A stretch of 64,000 bases of DNA from an uncultured virus (IMG/VR IMGVR_UViG_3300027833_000041) (lineage: Duplodnaviria > Heunggongvirae > Uroviricota > Caudoviricetes): the IMG/VR virus record IMGVR_UViG_3300027833_000041; one strand, 5' to 3'. Of the stretch, positions 35,418-47,600 are shown one piece after another; position 1 is the stretch's first letter; the number at the start of each line of letters is the position of its first letter. Under the pieces are notes generated by a model. The model made no database searches. It was not told where the DNA came from and was given only the letters and a program-made list of their open reading frames with translations. Both the position numbers and the translations under genes were made by a program.

Positions 35418-38400
35418 ATGGCTAAGCTACAGCATACATTTGTCCAGGGTAAGATGAATAAAGACCTTGATGAAAGGTTGGTACCCAATGGGCAATACCG
35501 CGATGCTCAGAACATTCAGATAAGTTCTTCTGAAGGCTCTGACGTAGGCGCTGTTGAAACTATACTAGGTAACACTAAACAAAACAATAAACCAGGTGGC
35601 GGTACCTGGCAAACCACAGGTAGTGGAACAACTCCGTTTGGCTTAACTAACACTAAATGTATTGGCACAGTACGCGATAGCCAAAACGAAAAGATATACT
35701 GGTTCCTAACTAGTAATACCGTTGATGCTATACTCGAGTACGACCAAGCAACAGGTATTGTCACGCCGGTTCTGGTTGATGCCAATAACGTATTAAACTT
35801 TAGTGCTAACAACTTAATTACAGGCGTTAACATACTCGATGGGATGCTGTTCTGGACAGATGATTTGAATGAGCCTAGAGTAATTAATATAGCTAAATTT
35901 AAGGCTGGGTCTGCTCAAAGTGGTGACGCGTTAACCTCGCACACACATGTTTATGGCGACGCTGATCCTTCTACTAGAGATTTTATAGCAACAGATATAA
36001 CAGTAATTAAATCTGCACCGATTAAAAGACTAACTGTTAAAGCTTTTTCATCGGCAATACCGTCCGTACAACCGACCTTATCTTTGCCTAATGGTAATTT
36101 CAGAGGTGTGGGAGTAAACCCAATAACATTAAACGCTGTAAACTTAAGCGGTAAAGTAGCTGGGAATACTATAGCGTTAGCATGGACCAGCCAAAATATA
36201 CAATGGGCTGGCGATAAAGGTCCTGATTGCAAGGTGATACTTAAGTACGAAATTAATGAAGATGACGGCACGGTAACAAAATACCAAGTCATAGGAGTAT
36301 TTGGATCAAGCAGTAACCTAACTAATTCGTCAGGCACATTAACTATCAGTAGCTTATCCGATAATATAGTCGATAGCGCTGTCGTGTGGACCATGCTTCG
36401 CACGGAAGACGAGCCTATATTTAAAAATGATTTTCCAAGATTTTCGTACAGATACAAATTTACAGATAGTCGCTATTCCCCGTACGCTCCTTTTACGAAG
36501 CCGGCTTTTGTGCCCGGCCAGTTTGAGTATTTAAGTAGAGACGGCTACAACCTGGGTATGGATGACAATACTCGTATAATATATATAAGCGGATTTCCAG
36601 GATCTACTGGTAACACAATACCTGCGGACGTAGAAGAAGTGGAAATACTTTATAAAGGTAGTAGGTCTAATAATGTTTATTTAGTAAAGTCTTTTGACCG
36701 CGCGCTTATAGATGCTGTCAATCCTTATAATACTACTGTTACTACTGATTTATTAGGTAGAGTTATAGAAAGTTCACAGCTATTAAGACTATTTGACGCC
36801 GTGCCTAAGAAAGCTAAGTCTCAAGAAGTTATAGGGAATCGTGTAATATATGGCAACTACCTGCAGAACTATGATGTTGTAAATTCCGATATTAATATAG
36901 TCGGCACACAAAGTAATACAACACATTCTTCAGTAGGCCTCGGTAAAGAATCTGTTAAATCTGACAGAACATACCAAATAGGCGTTACTTTTTTAGATGA
37001 TTACGGGAGAGAATCCCCTGTATTTACCTCTCCAGGCGGAGCCGTGGCTGTGGATAAAACCAACGCTAGCAAAGTAAATGCCGTAATCGGCAGTATATCC
37101 AGCGCCTCTACAACGCCTTCTTGGGCTACTAAGTTTAAGTTTTATGTTAAAAACTCGACTCCCGAATATTACAATTTAGGATTAGACCGCTACTATTCAG
37201 CAGAAGACGGTAACGTGTGGTTAAGCTTCCCTTCAAGTGAAAGAAATAAAATACAAGATGGGGATTATATAAATCTTAAGAAGCAGCACGATTCAGATAT
37301 ACCGGTTAGTGAAGATAATAGGTACAAAGTACTTGACATATCAAACGAGGCACCTCCACATATAAAAAACGTAAAAACGGCTATAGCTAGATCCGCGGTT
37401 AAAGCTTACAAACCGTCTAGTGTATTATCCAGTGGTTTCATAGTCGGGGATAATAGAATAAAATTTTACGGACCTTTAGATAGCATAGCTACCGATTCAA
37501 ACAATACTCCAGACTCTTTTTCAAACGCTAATTTTTTCAACAATTTTAAGCAAGGCGGCCATGTTAGCTTCACCACATCTGCGGGGGCTCAGGAATCCGA
37601 CACTTATAAAATAGTATCTGGCGGGCCAACCGGCGCTATTACCGAAATAGGTGGCTTAAGTATGGGTATCTATGAGGTTGTTTTGGACAAAGGTATAGTG
37701 CCTGGTGATGCTTGGCTGCAGGGGTTGAATGATGGAGACGAGTTCCGCATGACTGTTTTTGAGGATAAGAATAGATTTTTACCGGAATTTGAAGGTAAGT
37801 TTTTCGCTAAGATAAACCCTAACGCTACGTTTATTAAAAATGTAGAGTCTGCTTTTGCGGTGCCCGGAGCCGAAAATCTTGTTATAGATACTTCACTACA
37901 ACTACTAAAATCCACCCTAGGGGTTATAACTTCCGGAACATTTTTAGTGTCAACCGTAGACGTTTACAACCCCGATCGCGCCCACTTAGGCGTTGGCACA
38001 TATACTCCATTACTGCCTGGTAACAGCACGGAAGAAGACAAATTTGATTTAGCAGCAGCAAGAACCGAAGCGGTAGCTACTAATAAGCCTTTTAAAGCTG
38101 TTATATATTATGAAAAACTAGTAACAGGGGCTAAAATAAAATTTGGGTATATTGACGGCACACAAAGCGCTGATTTTTACACTATAATAAACACTGATAC
38201 TACCTCCATTGCTGGACTTGGTGACTATAACAGGGACGGCAATAATGGAGACGGTGTTGCCACTAGGTACACACTAGACAGGGACTTCGACGACACGCAA
38301 TACGGGGGAACACCAAGTATTGCTCAAATTGGCAAAATATTAGTATACAGACAAGATACTACTACAGATAGAGTTATAAACTCATCTACTAACCCCGCTA

Positions 38401-39875
38401 TATTCGAAACTGAACCTGATAAGTTAGCAGACTTAGATATATTCTACGAGGCATCAGGCTTTAGAAACATTAGTACCGTGAAAACACCCACTGCTATAGA
38501 CTGGAGTAACTGCTATTCTTTCGGTAATGGCGTAGAATCTGATCGCATAAGAGACGACTTTAACGCGCCCGTTATAGGCAAAGGGGTAAGAGTGTCAGCT
38601 GTTTTAGAAGAGCCATACAGGGAAGAGCGTAGAAGCTCCAGTATGATATTCAGCGGTATATTTAACTCTATAAGCGGTATTAACAATACCAACCAGTTCT
38701 TACTAGCCGAAGATATAACACAAGATTTAAACCCGACAAACGGTAGCATACAGAAGTTGCATGCTAGAGATACCGACCTAATCGCTTTATGCGAAGACAA
38801 ATGTTTTAGAATACTTGCCAACAAAGATGCTTTATTTAATGCCGACGGCAATACTAATGTTACATCGAATAAAAACGTCTTAGGGCAAGCTGTACCGTAC
38901 GTTGGCGAGTTTGGTATATCTAAAAACCCTGAGTCTTTTGCAAGTTACGGATTTAGAGTTTACTTTACAGACAAAGCTAGAGGTGCTGTTATTAGACTGT
39001 CAAGAGACGGCATTACAGAGATATCTAGCAAGGGAATGACTGATTACTTTGAAGACGGTTTAAAGTCCACCACAAGTGCTTTAATCGGCTCCTACGACGA
39101 GCAGAACAGTTCTTACAATATACGTATAGGTGCCGAGCAGGTGTCGTTTAAAGAAACAGTTGATGGATGGTCTACACGATTATCTTACGCACCTGAGTTT
39201 GCAATTTCACTTAACAATGACTACTACAGTTTTAACAATGGCGAAATTTGGGAGCATTCAAGCACCACCAGATCAAACTTTTACGGTGTACAAAAAGCAA
39301 CAACTATTAAGTCTGTATTCAATGATGCCCCCACAAGCGTTAAAAACTTTAAGACTCTCTCGTACGAAGGGGCCGAAGGGTGGACCGCTAGCGTTGTTAC
39401 AAATAAACAAAGCGGAACAGTAACTACGTGGAAAGAGCGCGAGGGTATGTATTTTAATTACATAATGGGTGACGCTACTACGTTGGCTAACATTGATACG
39501 AAAGAGTTTAGCGTGCAAGGTATTGGCAATGTTCTTACCCACCCAGCTGCTACAACAATTATTATAAATGGAGAAATAAATACTTCTTTACAACCCGGGG
39601 ACATTATATATTCTCCGAATGGCGTTACTTCCCCCGCTGTATTACGTGTAATAGGAACGGTGGCATCTGTAAGTAGACCAAACCAAATAACATTAACAAG
39701 TAACGCTCCCTCACCTGCTCCAGCGCCGGGGAATTTTATGTTATTTGCTAAAGATAGCCGAGTAAACACTTCTGGGCTGTTGGGGTATTATGCGGATATT
39801 GAATTTTCAATTACCAGCAGTAATAAAAAAGAGTTGTTCGCGGTTAACTCTGAGATATTTATCAGCAGCGAATAA
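35418..39875 (+). CDS. Tail nozzle/muzzle (stabilisation) protein
   Basis: 1485 aa; GKMNKDLDERLVPNGQYRDAQN start; beta-propeller-like composition. Confidence 0.7.
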   Translation: MAKLQHTFVQGKMNKDLDERLVPNGQYRDAQNIQISSSEGSDVGAVETILGNTKQNNKPGGGTWQTTGSGTTPFGLTNTKCIGTVRDSQNEKIYWFLTSNTVDAILEYDQATGIVTPVLVDANNVLNFSANNLITGVNILDGMLFWTDDLNEPRVINIAKFKAGSAQSGDALTSHTHVYGDADPSTRDFIATDITVIKSAPIKRLTVKAFSSAIPSVQPTLSLPNGNFRGVGVNPITLNAVNLSGKVAGNTIALAWTSQNIQWAGDKGPDCKVILKYEINEDDGTVTKYQVIGVFGSSSNLTNSSGTLTISSLSDNIVDSAVVWTMLRTEDEPIFKNDFPRFSYRYKFTDSRYSPYAPFTKPAFVPGQFEYLSRDGYNLGMDDNTRIIYISGFPGSTGNTIPADVEEVEILYKGSRSNNVYLVKSFDRALIDAVNPYNTTVTTDLLGRVIESSQLLRLFDAVPKKAKSQEVIGNRVIYGNYLQNYDVVNSDINIVGTQSNTTHSSVGLGKESVKSDRTYQIGVTFLDDYGRESPVFTSPGGAVAVDKTNASKVNAVIGSISSASTTPSWATKFKFYVKNSTPEYYNLGLDRYYSAEDGNVWLSFPSSERNKIQDGDYINLKKQHDSDIPVSEDNRYKVLDISNEAPPHIKNVKTAIARSAVKAYKPSSVLSSGFIVGDNRIKFYGPLDSIATDSNNTPDSFSNANFFNNFKQGGHVSFTTSAGAQESDTYKIVSGGPTGAITEIGGLSMGIYEVVLDKGIVPGDAWLQGLNDGDEFRMTVFEDKNRFLPEFEGKFFAKINPNATFIKNVESAFAVPGAENLVIDTSLQLLKSTLGVITSGTFLVSTVDVYNPDRAHLGVGTYTPLLPGNSTEEDKFDLAAARTEAVATNKPFKAVIYYEKLVTGAKIKFGYIDGTQSADFYTIINTDTTSIAGLGDYNRDGNNGDGVATRYTLDRDFDDTQYGGTPSIAQIGKILVYRQDTTTDRVINSSTNPAIFETEPDKLADLDIFYEASGFRNISTVKTPTAIDWSNCYSFGNGVESDRIRDDFNAPVIGKGVRVSAVLEEPYREERRSSSMIFSGIFNSISGINNTNQFLLAEDITQDLNPTNGSIQKLHARDTDLIALCEDKCFRILANKDALFNADGNTNVTSNKNVLGQAVPYVGEFGISKNPESFASYGFRVYFTDKARGAVIRLSRDGITEISSKGMTDYFEDGLKSTTSALIGSYDEQNSSYNIRIGAEQVSFKETVDGWSTRLSYAPEFAISLNNDYYSFNNGEIWEHSSTTRSNFYGVQKATTIKSVFNDAPTSVKNFKTLSYEGAEGWTASVVTNKQSGTVTTWKEREGMYFNYIMGDATTLANIDTKEFSVQGIGNVLTHPAATTIIINGEINTSLQPGDIIYSPNGVTSPAVLRVIGTVASVSRPNQITLTSNAPSPAPAPGNFMLFAKDSRVNTSGLLGYYADIEFSITSSNKKELFAVNSEIFISSE

Positions 39876-39906
39876 TACGTAATAATAACTTATAAACTAA
39901 TTAAAT

Positions 39907-40536
39907 ATGCTAGGAGATATATTTGAGGGTGCGGTGAAATTCGGCGCTTCATACATCGGCGGTAAAAAAAGGCTAGCTAGAAGAGAAGAGGCTCAGGGGG
40001 CGTACGACGCTTCTATGCGGGACTATTTTGCTCAAGACACGTCTAACTTGTACTCTAACTTAGAGAATACAATGGAAGACCTTACTGTCAATACGCAAGC
40101 GGCAGATTTCGCAGCGCAGCAACAAGCGCAGGGGTTGTCTAATATAATGGGCTCTATGAATCAAGCTGCTGGTGGCAGCGGCATCGCGGCATTAGCGCAA
40201 TCATTAGCTAACCAGCAGTCACAAAACGCGCAGCAAGCTTCAGCTAGCATTGGGCAGCAAGAATCAATGAATCAAAGATTAACGGCCCAAGAAGCGGGTA
40301 GATTACAAACAAGGGAAAGAATGGGTGCCGAGCAGTCAAGAGGCCTTAAGGCACAGTTGCTTGGTGAAGAATTCCAAATAGACGCTAATGAATTAGCATC
40401 TAGCGAAGCAGCTATACAAGCCGCTAGAGCCGCTAGAGCTGAAGCCGCGGGGCAATTTGCAGGCGGTGTAGGATCTTATATTTCACCAGACCCCGAAGTG
40501 GTCGCTGATGTTGCTAAAACTGTAATACCAAGATAG
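39907..40536 (+). CDS. Putative ejection / internal virion protein
   Basis: A/Q/G-rich helical protein after the tail genes. Confidence 0.6.
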   Translation: MLGDIFEGAVKFGASYIGGKKRLARREEAQGAYDASMRDYFAQDTSNLYSNLENTMEDLTVNTQAADFAAQQQAQGLSNIMGSMNQAAGGSGIAALAQSLANQQSQNAQQASASIGQQESMNQRLTAQEAGRLQTRERMGAEQSRGLKAQLLGEEFQIDANELASSEAAIQAARAARAEAAGQFAGGVGSYISPDPEVVADVAKTVIPR

Positions 40537-41681
40537 TGATGGCAAAGCAACAAGGATCAGGGGTGGTAGCAGCGGCACGTAGAGTGTCAGACACGCAAGG
40601 TAGATTTCAAGATGTAGGTGGTAGGTTTTCGACTGGCTATAGTAAAGCTATGGAGGCCAAAAAAGCGCGCGAAGCTAAAGCGAAAGAAGGCATATCTAGG
40701 GCTAATGCTTTAATGGACGGGTTTAAAGACGACATTGATTACATGTCTTTTACCCTTGAAGAGGGCAAGCTAGTTAAGGATCAGGTAGTAACTTGGAGGA
40801 ATAGCTACGCTAATCTAGCAAGCCAAGCGGCTAAAATAGAAGACAAGACTAGTCCGGAATATCAAAGTTTAATGGACGAAATGAGTGGCTATAAAAACCG
40901 TTTAGTTTCTTTAAAGAATAATATTGACGGAAGACAGCAACTAAAAGCTGATTTTAAAACGGAGCTTAACGATTATTCAACAGCAGGTTTTAACGATGAA
41001 GCAATAGCTAAAGCTACCGTTATGGCTGCAATGCCATTTTCTGGTGTAAACGACAGGGGCGAACTTATGTGGTCTGACGAAGGTCTTGGTGAGTTTTCAT
41101 CTACTGGTTTTAAAATGCCGGCGTCTAATAAACCTGCTAAGCAAGCCGCGGAAAAAATCTTTAACGAGGTTGAGCGCCAGTCTAGATCGCGCGGCCCACT
41201 AACAAAAGCATTAAAAGAAGGATTAAGAAATAGTGTAAACGCCAGCATTGGTAACGATAAAAACCTTTTAAGCTTTATAGCAGATAATCAATTTGAAATT
41301 TTTAAGTTTGATGACTTAGACCCAGAAGCTGATATTAAGGAACTTCGCGAAACTGTATTAGATAGACTAATGAATGGTTTAGAAAGTACAAGAGGAAGTG
41401 CATTAGCTAAACCTTCCGGTACCGGAGGCGGCGGCAGTCAATCAGCTGCTATGCAGGAAGCGGCTGCTTCTTGGGATAATGCTACAAGTGCATGGAGCGG
41501 CAATAATATGTTTTCTTTAAAAACCGCTAACGGTGAAAAATTAACATTTAAACCTACGGGAGCGGCTAATAAATGGGATGTGTTTGTTACTAATAGCAAA
41601 GGTGTCGCTACTTTGTACCAAGGCGGGAAAAGAGTAAATTCGCTAGCCGAAGTGCAAGCGTTGTTTGGCTATAAATTTTAA
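40536..41681 (+). CDS. Putative ejection / internal virion protein
   Basis: Synteny; helical. Confidence 0.55.
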   Translation: MMAKQQGSGVVAAARRVSDTQGRFQDVGGRFSTGYSKAMEAKKAREAKAKEGISRANALMDGFKDDIDYMSFTLEEGKLVKDQVVTWRNSYANLASQAAKIEDKTSPEYQSLMDEMSGYKNRLVSLKNNIDGRQQLKADFKTELNDYSTAGFNDEAIAKATVMAAMPFSGVNDRGELMWSDEGLGEFSSTGFKMPASNKPAKQAAEKIFNEVERQSRSRGPLTKALKEGLRNSVNASIGNDKNLLSFIADNQFEIFKFDDLDPEADIKELRETVLDRLMNGLESTRGSALAKPSGTGGGGSQSAAMQEAAASWDNATSAWSGNNMFSLKTANGEKLTFKPTGAANKWDVFVTNSKGVATLYQGGKRVNSLAEVQALFGYKF

Positions 41682-41695
41682 TAAATAATATTCAC

Positions 41696-44600
41696 ATGTA
41701 TAAAAACGGTGAAGACACAATTTCAATTGCAGAAGCTACTTCTTCTGCTGACCTATTAGGTTTATCTGTTGAAAATTGGGCTAACGAATACGGTTGGTCA
41801 TTAGAGGGAAAGACAACGGTTCCGGGGGAAACGACTCCACCGACGGAACCAGTAAAAGAAACGGCCGCTGGGGATTTCAGTTTGGCCGATACTTCATTGG
41901 AGTCACCCGAAGCTAACCCTTACTTACTTACTTTAGAAGACTTAGAGGGATCAGAAGAAGACGTATACGATCGCTTAAACAGCAAAATGAGAGCGATAGG
42001 TATTAAGCTAACAGAAGAAGGCTTAGGCACGAACAAAATACGCTTACAATCTATACAGGAATACGACCCAAAGACCAACCCTAGAGCCTATGTAAAAAGA
42101 AGCTTAAAAGACGATAACAGAGAGCAAGTGCTTGCTGATTTTAATTCTTTTATAGAGCAATATGCCGATGAGAATTATGCAGCGCAATTCGCTGAAGGAC
42201 GCGAAGACTTACTGAAAGAATACGAACAGGGTCTTAAAAATGTTAAAATAAGTGACGAGGAAGTTGAAGATAGCTTAATAGCGGAAAAAGCCGCTAAGTG
42301 GCGGAAAATGGATACACTCGATTTTGGCATGGGGCAGCGATCCGAGATAACCTTAAAAGAAAGCGACTTTGACAGTCCTGAGGAATTTAAAGCGTACCAA
42401 AACTGGAAAGAAACAGGGCTTATTGAGCCGTCCAGTACTGAAGTAGCTAATGCTAAAGTTGATATGCTCGAGGCTAAAAAGTCTAAAGTTAGCCAAGGTT
42501 ATATCAATGCCCTACCCAGTGAAGATAGAGAGGCCCTTGAAACAGTTACTGCTAAAAACAAATTGGACCTACAGATACGCATCGGCAACTTAGAAAGCGA
42601 AAAAAACAGCCTTGAGGCAAACAATTTTGCTTTAACTAACGATATTAAAGCGTACGAAGAAAACCCAACAGAAGAAGGCTATTTAGCTATTAAAAGAGAC
42701 GCAGCTGCTTTAATAGAGCAAGAAAGCGATTACAACTCTTTTTTAGATACACTGCAAAGCGAAGAAACGCAAATAGCCCTTCGCGCTACACAAGACTTTT
42801 CAAAAACTTACAACCTAGTAAGCAAGCTAGGTGTTAACTTTAAAGACCTTGCTATTAACATAGGTTACGGTGCTTATCAAATAACTAACGCACTTGGTGC
42901 CGCGAAACTTGCAGCGATTATCCCCGGGGTGGGTATAGGCGAAGCGTTCGAAGCAGGTATAAAAACAGCGGAGCAAAACGCTAAGGAAATACTGCAGGGT
43001 GCAGAAAAAGAAAAAGGCAGGCTATCACAAGGCGTAGCTTTTGAAGATATAGATTTATCTAAACCGAGCACACTAATCAATTGGGCGGGTAATACGGCGG
43101 TACAAGCTATACCTTCATTAACTATGGCTTTCACAGGGCCGGCTGCAATGCCTTTATTCTTCGCAAGTGGGTACGGTAGCAAAGCTGCTGAATTAGCTAC
43201 ACAAGAATACGCGGCTGCGGATAGAATGCTGGCCAATAAAAAGCTTTTAGTTTCAGGTACATTAACTGACGAAGAAAGACTTAGTATAGAAGCACAGATG
43301 GATGCTGACGCTGAAATTGTTAACATGCCTCTATGGAAGGAGATGTCTGTGTCCGCGATTTCCGGTGCTGCGGAAGTTGTATTTGAAAGGCTAGGTACTA
43401 TGGCTATTTTGAAAGGCGTTAACAAGGCTGTGAACCCATTACGCCCACAAATAGCTAAGGCTGTTGCTAAATCAGCTAACCAAGAAGGTTTGACTGAAGC
43501 AGCCACTGAGATAACTAACAATTTTGCCTCTATCTACATATTAGGTGAGGATAAAAATATAATGGACGGTGCTTTAGAATCCTACGCTGGCGGTGCATTA
43601 ATAGGTGCTCCGTTACAGTTAAAGCAATCTTTACCCGCGGTTTATAAGAATCTCGCGCATCAGTACATGACGAATGCTGAGATAGAGGCGTACCGGAGCA
43701 AAATAGAAAAAATTAAAGAGCTGTCAGGCTTGGAGAACATAGATTCTTTGCTAAACCCAGCGGCCCCTTTGCCTAAAAATATTAGTCCTGAGATTAAACA
43801 ACTAATTGAAGAGGTCCAAACCGAAGGCGAATTGCTGGAAGACAACGCAATATCAAGAATGAACTCTAGATTATCTGCTGAAGATTTAGCGGCAGTCGGT
43901 GAGGCAAACCTAAAAATGCGCCAAATTAACCAGAGGCTTATTAGCCTAGCGGAATCGGGTGCTAGCATTGCGGAAATTGATGCCGCTAAAAATACATTGC
44001 AAGAACAGTTTGATAATTTATCAAGCCAAAGAGAAGCAATTCTAACCGATAATTCAGGGCAAAGAAAGGCAGCAAGGCATAATGCATCGTTGAAAGTTAG
44101 TATAGACGCTAAAACAGCATTTGAAGTGGCGTTTAAGCAAGAGCTAGCCCAAAAGCAAGCTATGTCTGGTGCTAGATTTGATAAGTTAGATGATGTTTCT
44201 AAAAACAAATATTTAAAGAAAGCAAAAGAATCAGGTGCTGAAAATATAAATCAAGCTGCTAAACTTGAGTTTTTTATTGAAACAAATAAAAAACAACTAG
44301 CAGTAGATGAAGCCAATGCTAGGAATCTATTAGAGGAACTTGGCTTAACAAATCAAATTATTTCATTGTCAGACGCTGAATTTAGAAAGAAATTTCCCAA
44401 AAGCGACAAAAATACAGACGCATTTATAGATGATGCTACAGGCGATATATACATAAACGTAGACAAGTCCGCGGCAAGCGGTAAAGTAGCTGTTTATTCA
44501 CACGAATTACTACACGCAGTAGCTAAGCAATCTATAGGTAATGACGCGGCTAATAAAGCTGGTGAAAAGTTGCTTAACTGGCTAGAAAATAACACTACTG

Positions 44601-47600
44601 AAACTTCAGCTTATATTAAAAATAAGTTAGATTTCTTTTACAAAGAAGGCGATGTAAAAGATGCTGCGTATTATGAAGAGGCGATGAACGCCCTTTCAGA
44701 TTATATAGCAGAGGGTAATAAAGTAGATTTAGGCGCACTTACACAAATTAATTTGTTCCTTAACAAAGTATTTTCAAAGTCCTCACCACAATTAAGCATA
44801 GAAGACGGAGCTCAAACGTTCGCGTTTATAGCAGAGTACGCGAATAAAAATCGCAACGCTAAAACAAAAGCAATTATAAAAAACTTTGTTGACGAAGCTA
44901 AAGGTTTAGACGAAGAAGAAGCCCCGGTTAGTAACAAAAAATCTAAATCGCTACTTAGCGATATTAACGCTCTTGTACCAGAATCTGTGCAAACACAGGA
45001 GCAGTTCTTTGACCGTAAAGTATTCAACCCCATATACAACGACGGTAAGCTACATCCGGCTATAGCCAATTATATTCGCTCGCGCTCTGTAAGTAAAGAA
45101 GAAGCACAAAAAATTATAGAAAGTGTTGGTGATCGTTTAATTAACTTTAACCCGGAAGCTAAGCGTAAGTCAGGCGATGCTAGAATAACATTAGGCGAGT
45201 TTATATTCTCTAATGTTAACTTCGGAAAGTTGGATGCTCGTAAAGCATTATTTGAAGAAGGGCAGGAACGCGCTCAAACAGAAAGTACAGATAGCGAAAC
45301 AGCTAAACAAGTAGTAGCTAGGGAGGACGCATCCACCCCCGTGGCTGAAAAACCAGTATATAAAAGCTTAATACAAAGACGCATTGTTGATGCTGATGTA
45401 TTAAAATCTATAAAAGCTAAAGTTAAATCAACCGTGCGGGTTATGAAAACACGCATGGACGAGTCCGTTTCTAAGAACGTTACGGTAAAGCCTTATATTG
45501 CGGAGCTTCGCAAAGCTATGGGCAAGCAAGCTGACATCGACTTAAAGAAAGCTATGGGTGGCAAGAAAGACGGTCAGCTCCGTAAATTCTTATTACGCAA
45601 TAAAGCGGCTATACTGGAAAACATGACCACCACTTATCTTATGACAGCAATGCCAAATGCTATTCAAAAGAAAGTTGACGGTGTATGGACAAGTGACTGG
45701 AAAGGCAAAAAGATTGATAGAGAGTCTGTAGACACAGACAAAGCAGGGCGTACATCAGGCGCAGAGCTTGTTAGAAGACTGCCTAATGCGTCAACTAGAT
45801 TATCGGATGCTGATTACTTGTCTAATATTTTAGACGCCTCAGGGGCTCCTATACGCGGCCGTAAAGAATCTTTAGCAAAAGCTATATCGGAAGAACTTTC
45901 ATTTGATATTATCAATGATGCTTTGCAAGACCCCAACAGTAAGATTAGGAAAGCTTATGAGAGCAGACAAGAGCTTTTAGGTGCTGAGTTAAGTGACGCT
46001 TTTGTGCAAGAGGTAGCGAGGGATGTTGAAAGAGGCAGTGTAAAAAGATCTGCATCTATAAGAGCCATGTCTCCTGAGCAAAGAATGGCATGGGAAAGCA
46101 AGCGAGATGAATTTTCTAAACGAATGGTCGGCGTAGATGAAGACTATTCTGTGCGTTCAATTAGAAATGATTTAAAAGCAGTATACGGCGACACGTTTAC
46201 CGCTAAACAATATTCTGATTTAGCCAAAGACTTACTTAAAATATTTAAATCTATAAAAAGAATAGATATAAAAGAGTTAGGTATTGCTAAAGAAGACATT
46301 TCTGATATACTTAAAGAGATTGACAATGACATCGACTTTGTAGAAAACGTTCATAAAATGACTGGCGCTTCTGCTACTGTTGCCGATTTATTTAGAAGTA
46401 GAGCTAAAATAGCGGAATCTAAAGAAGCGATTGTTGACATACTAAAATTAAACAATGTACCCGCTGCGGTGGCTAAATCTTTTATGGCCCGCACATTTGC
46501 TAACTCCGGCAGAATCGGCGTGTTTAAAAAAGACGGTACCGTTAAGAAAGACTCTAGGCAAGATTTCTTTTATAATGTAGCGGACGTACAGAGCGCTCTT
46601 GTAGGCGAAGGCAAGCTTTACACACAAGAGGAATGGGATAACGCTGAAACAATGGCAGCAAGCGCTGACGTTAAAGCAAGCTACTTGAATGGTAAGTTTG
46701 AAAATTCCGCTGAATTGCAGGCGCAAGACGCAGCTACAGCAAATGCAGCATGGGAGCTAACCAGCACTATAGTTAAAGGGCTTAAAAACTACAGTCCAGA
46801 TGTCCAGGCAATGGTTATTGCAGCGATGAATTCCGGTACAAATACAGTAGCTAGGGTAGCTGCTCCGGTTACGCATATAGCTGAAGGTGCAACTTCTAAA
46901 AACACTAAAAGTTACAGATACGAGCATGCCACACCAGCAAGAGCTATTCTAGCATTAATGTTTAAAAGCTACGTACAAGGTGGCAAATCTATAGACATGG
47001 ACGCTCTTAAGGCTGATTATAAGGTAGCTATTATACCGTTAGCTATGGACAAAGTTGTTACTGCCGCCGGCTTTGCTGCTCGTCAGGCTATTGGCTATGT
47101 TCCCGGACAAACACCTTGGTATAAAAGATATTACAACATATTTACTTTAGGTAAAATCCAATACGCTTTAAAGCCTTTTGCAGGCGGTGAATTAATAGGT
47201 GAAAAATACGCTAAAGCTTACAATACTAAACAATCTTTTGACGTTAACTCTAAACAGTATTTAAAAGCTGTTAAAGACGTTAAGGCTGTAGAAACTACCA
47301 AAGCGTCTAAATCTATAGATACTTCGCTGAGCAAAGAGTTTAATAACATACTAGAGCGCAAAACAGGTGTTGAAGCATTCAAAACATTCTCAGCCGTTCA
47401 AGCGCAGAAGCGTGGGGAAAAGAAAGGTAGATTTAAATTCTTTATTGCGCCGAGCGTTGATGATTTTAGAGGCTTAGTTAACTATGCGTTTGCTGGTAAA
47501 GGTAAACAGGGTGAAGCTGATATGAAATGGCTCGAAGATAACCTAATGACGCCTTACGCTAAAGGTATTGCCGCTATTAATGGTATACGCCAGCAAATAA

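Noticed and set aside
46318..46338. DNDID in the giant protein as a crAss-type RNA polymerase DxDxD motif
   Set aside because: Lies in an acidic helical context with no supporting polymerase motifs
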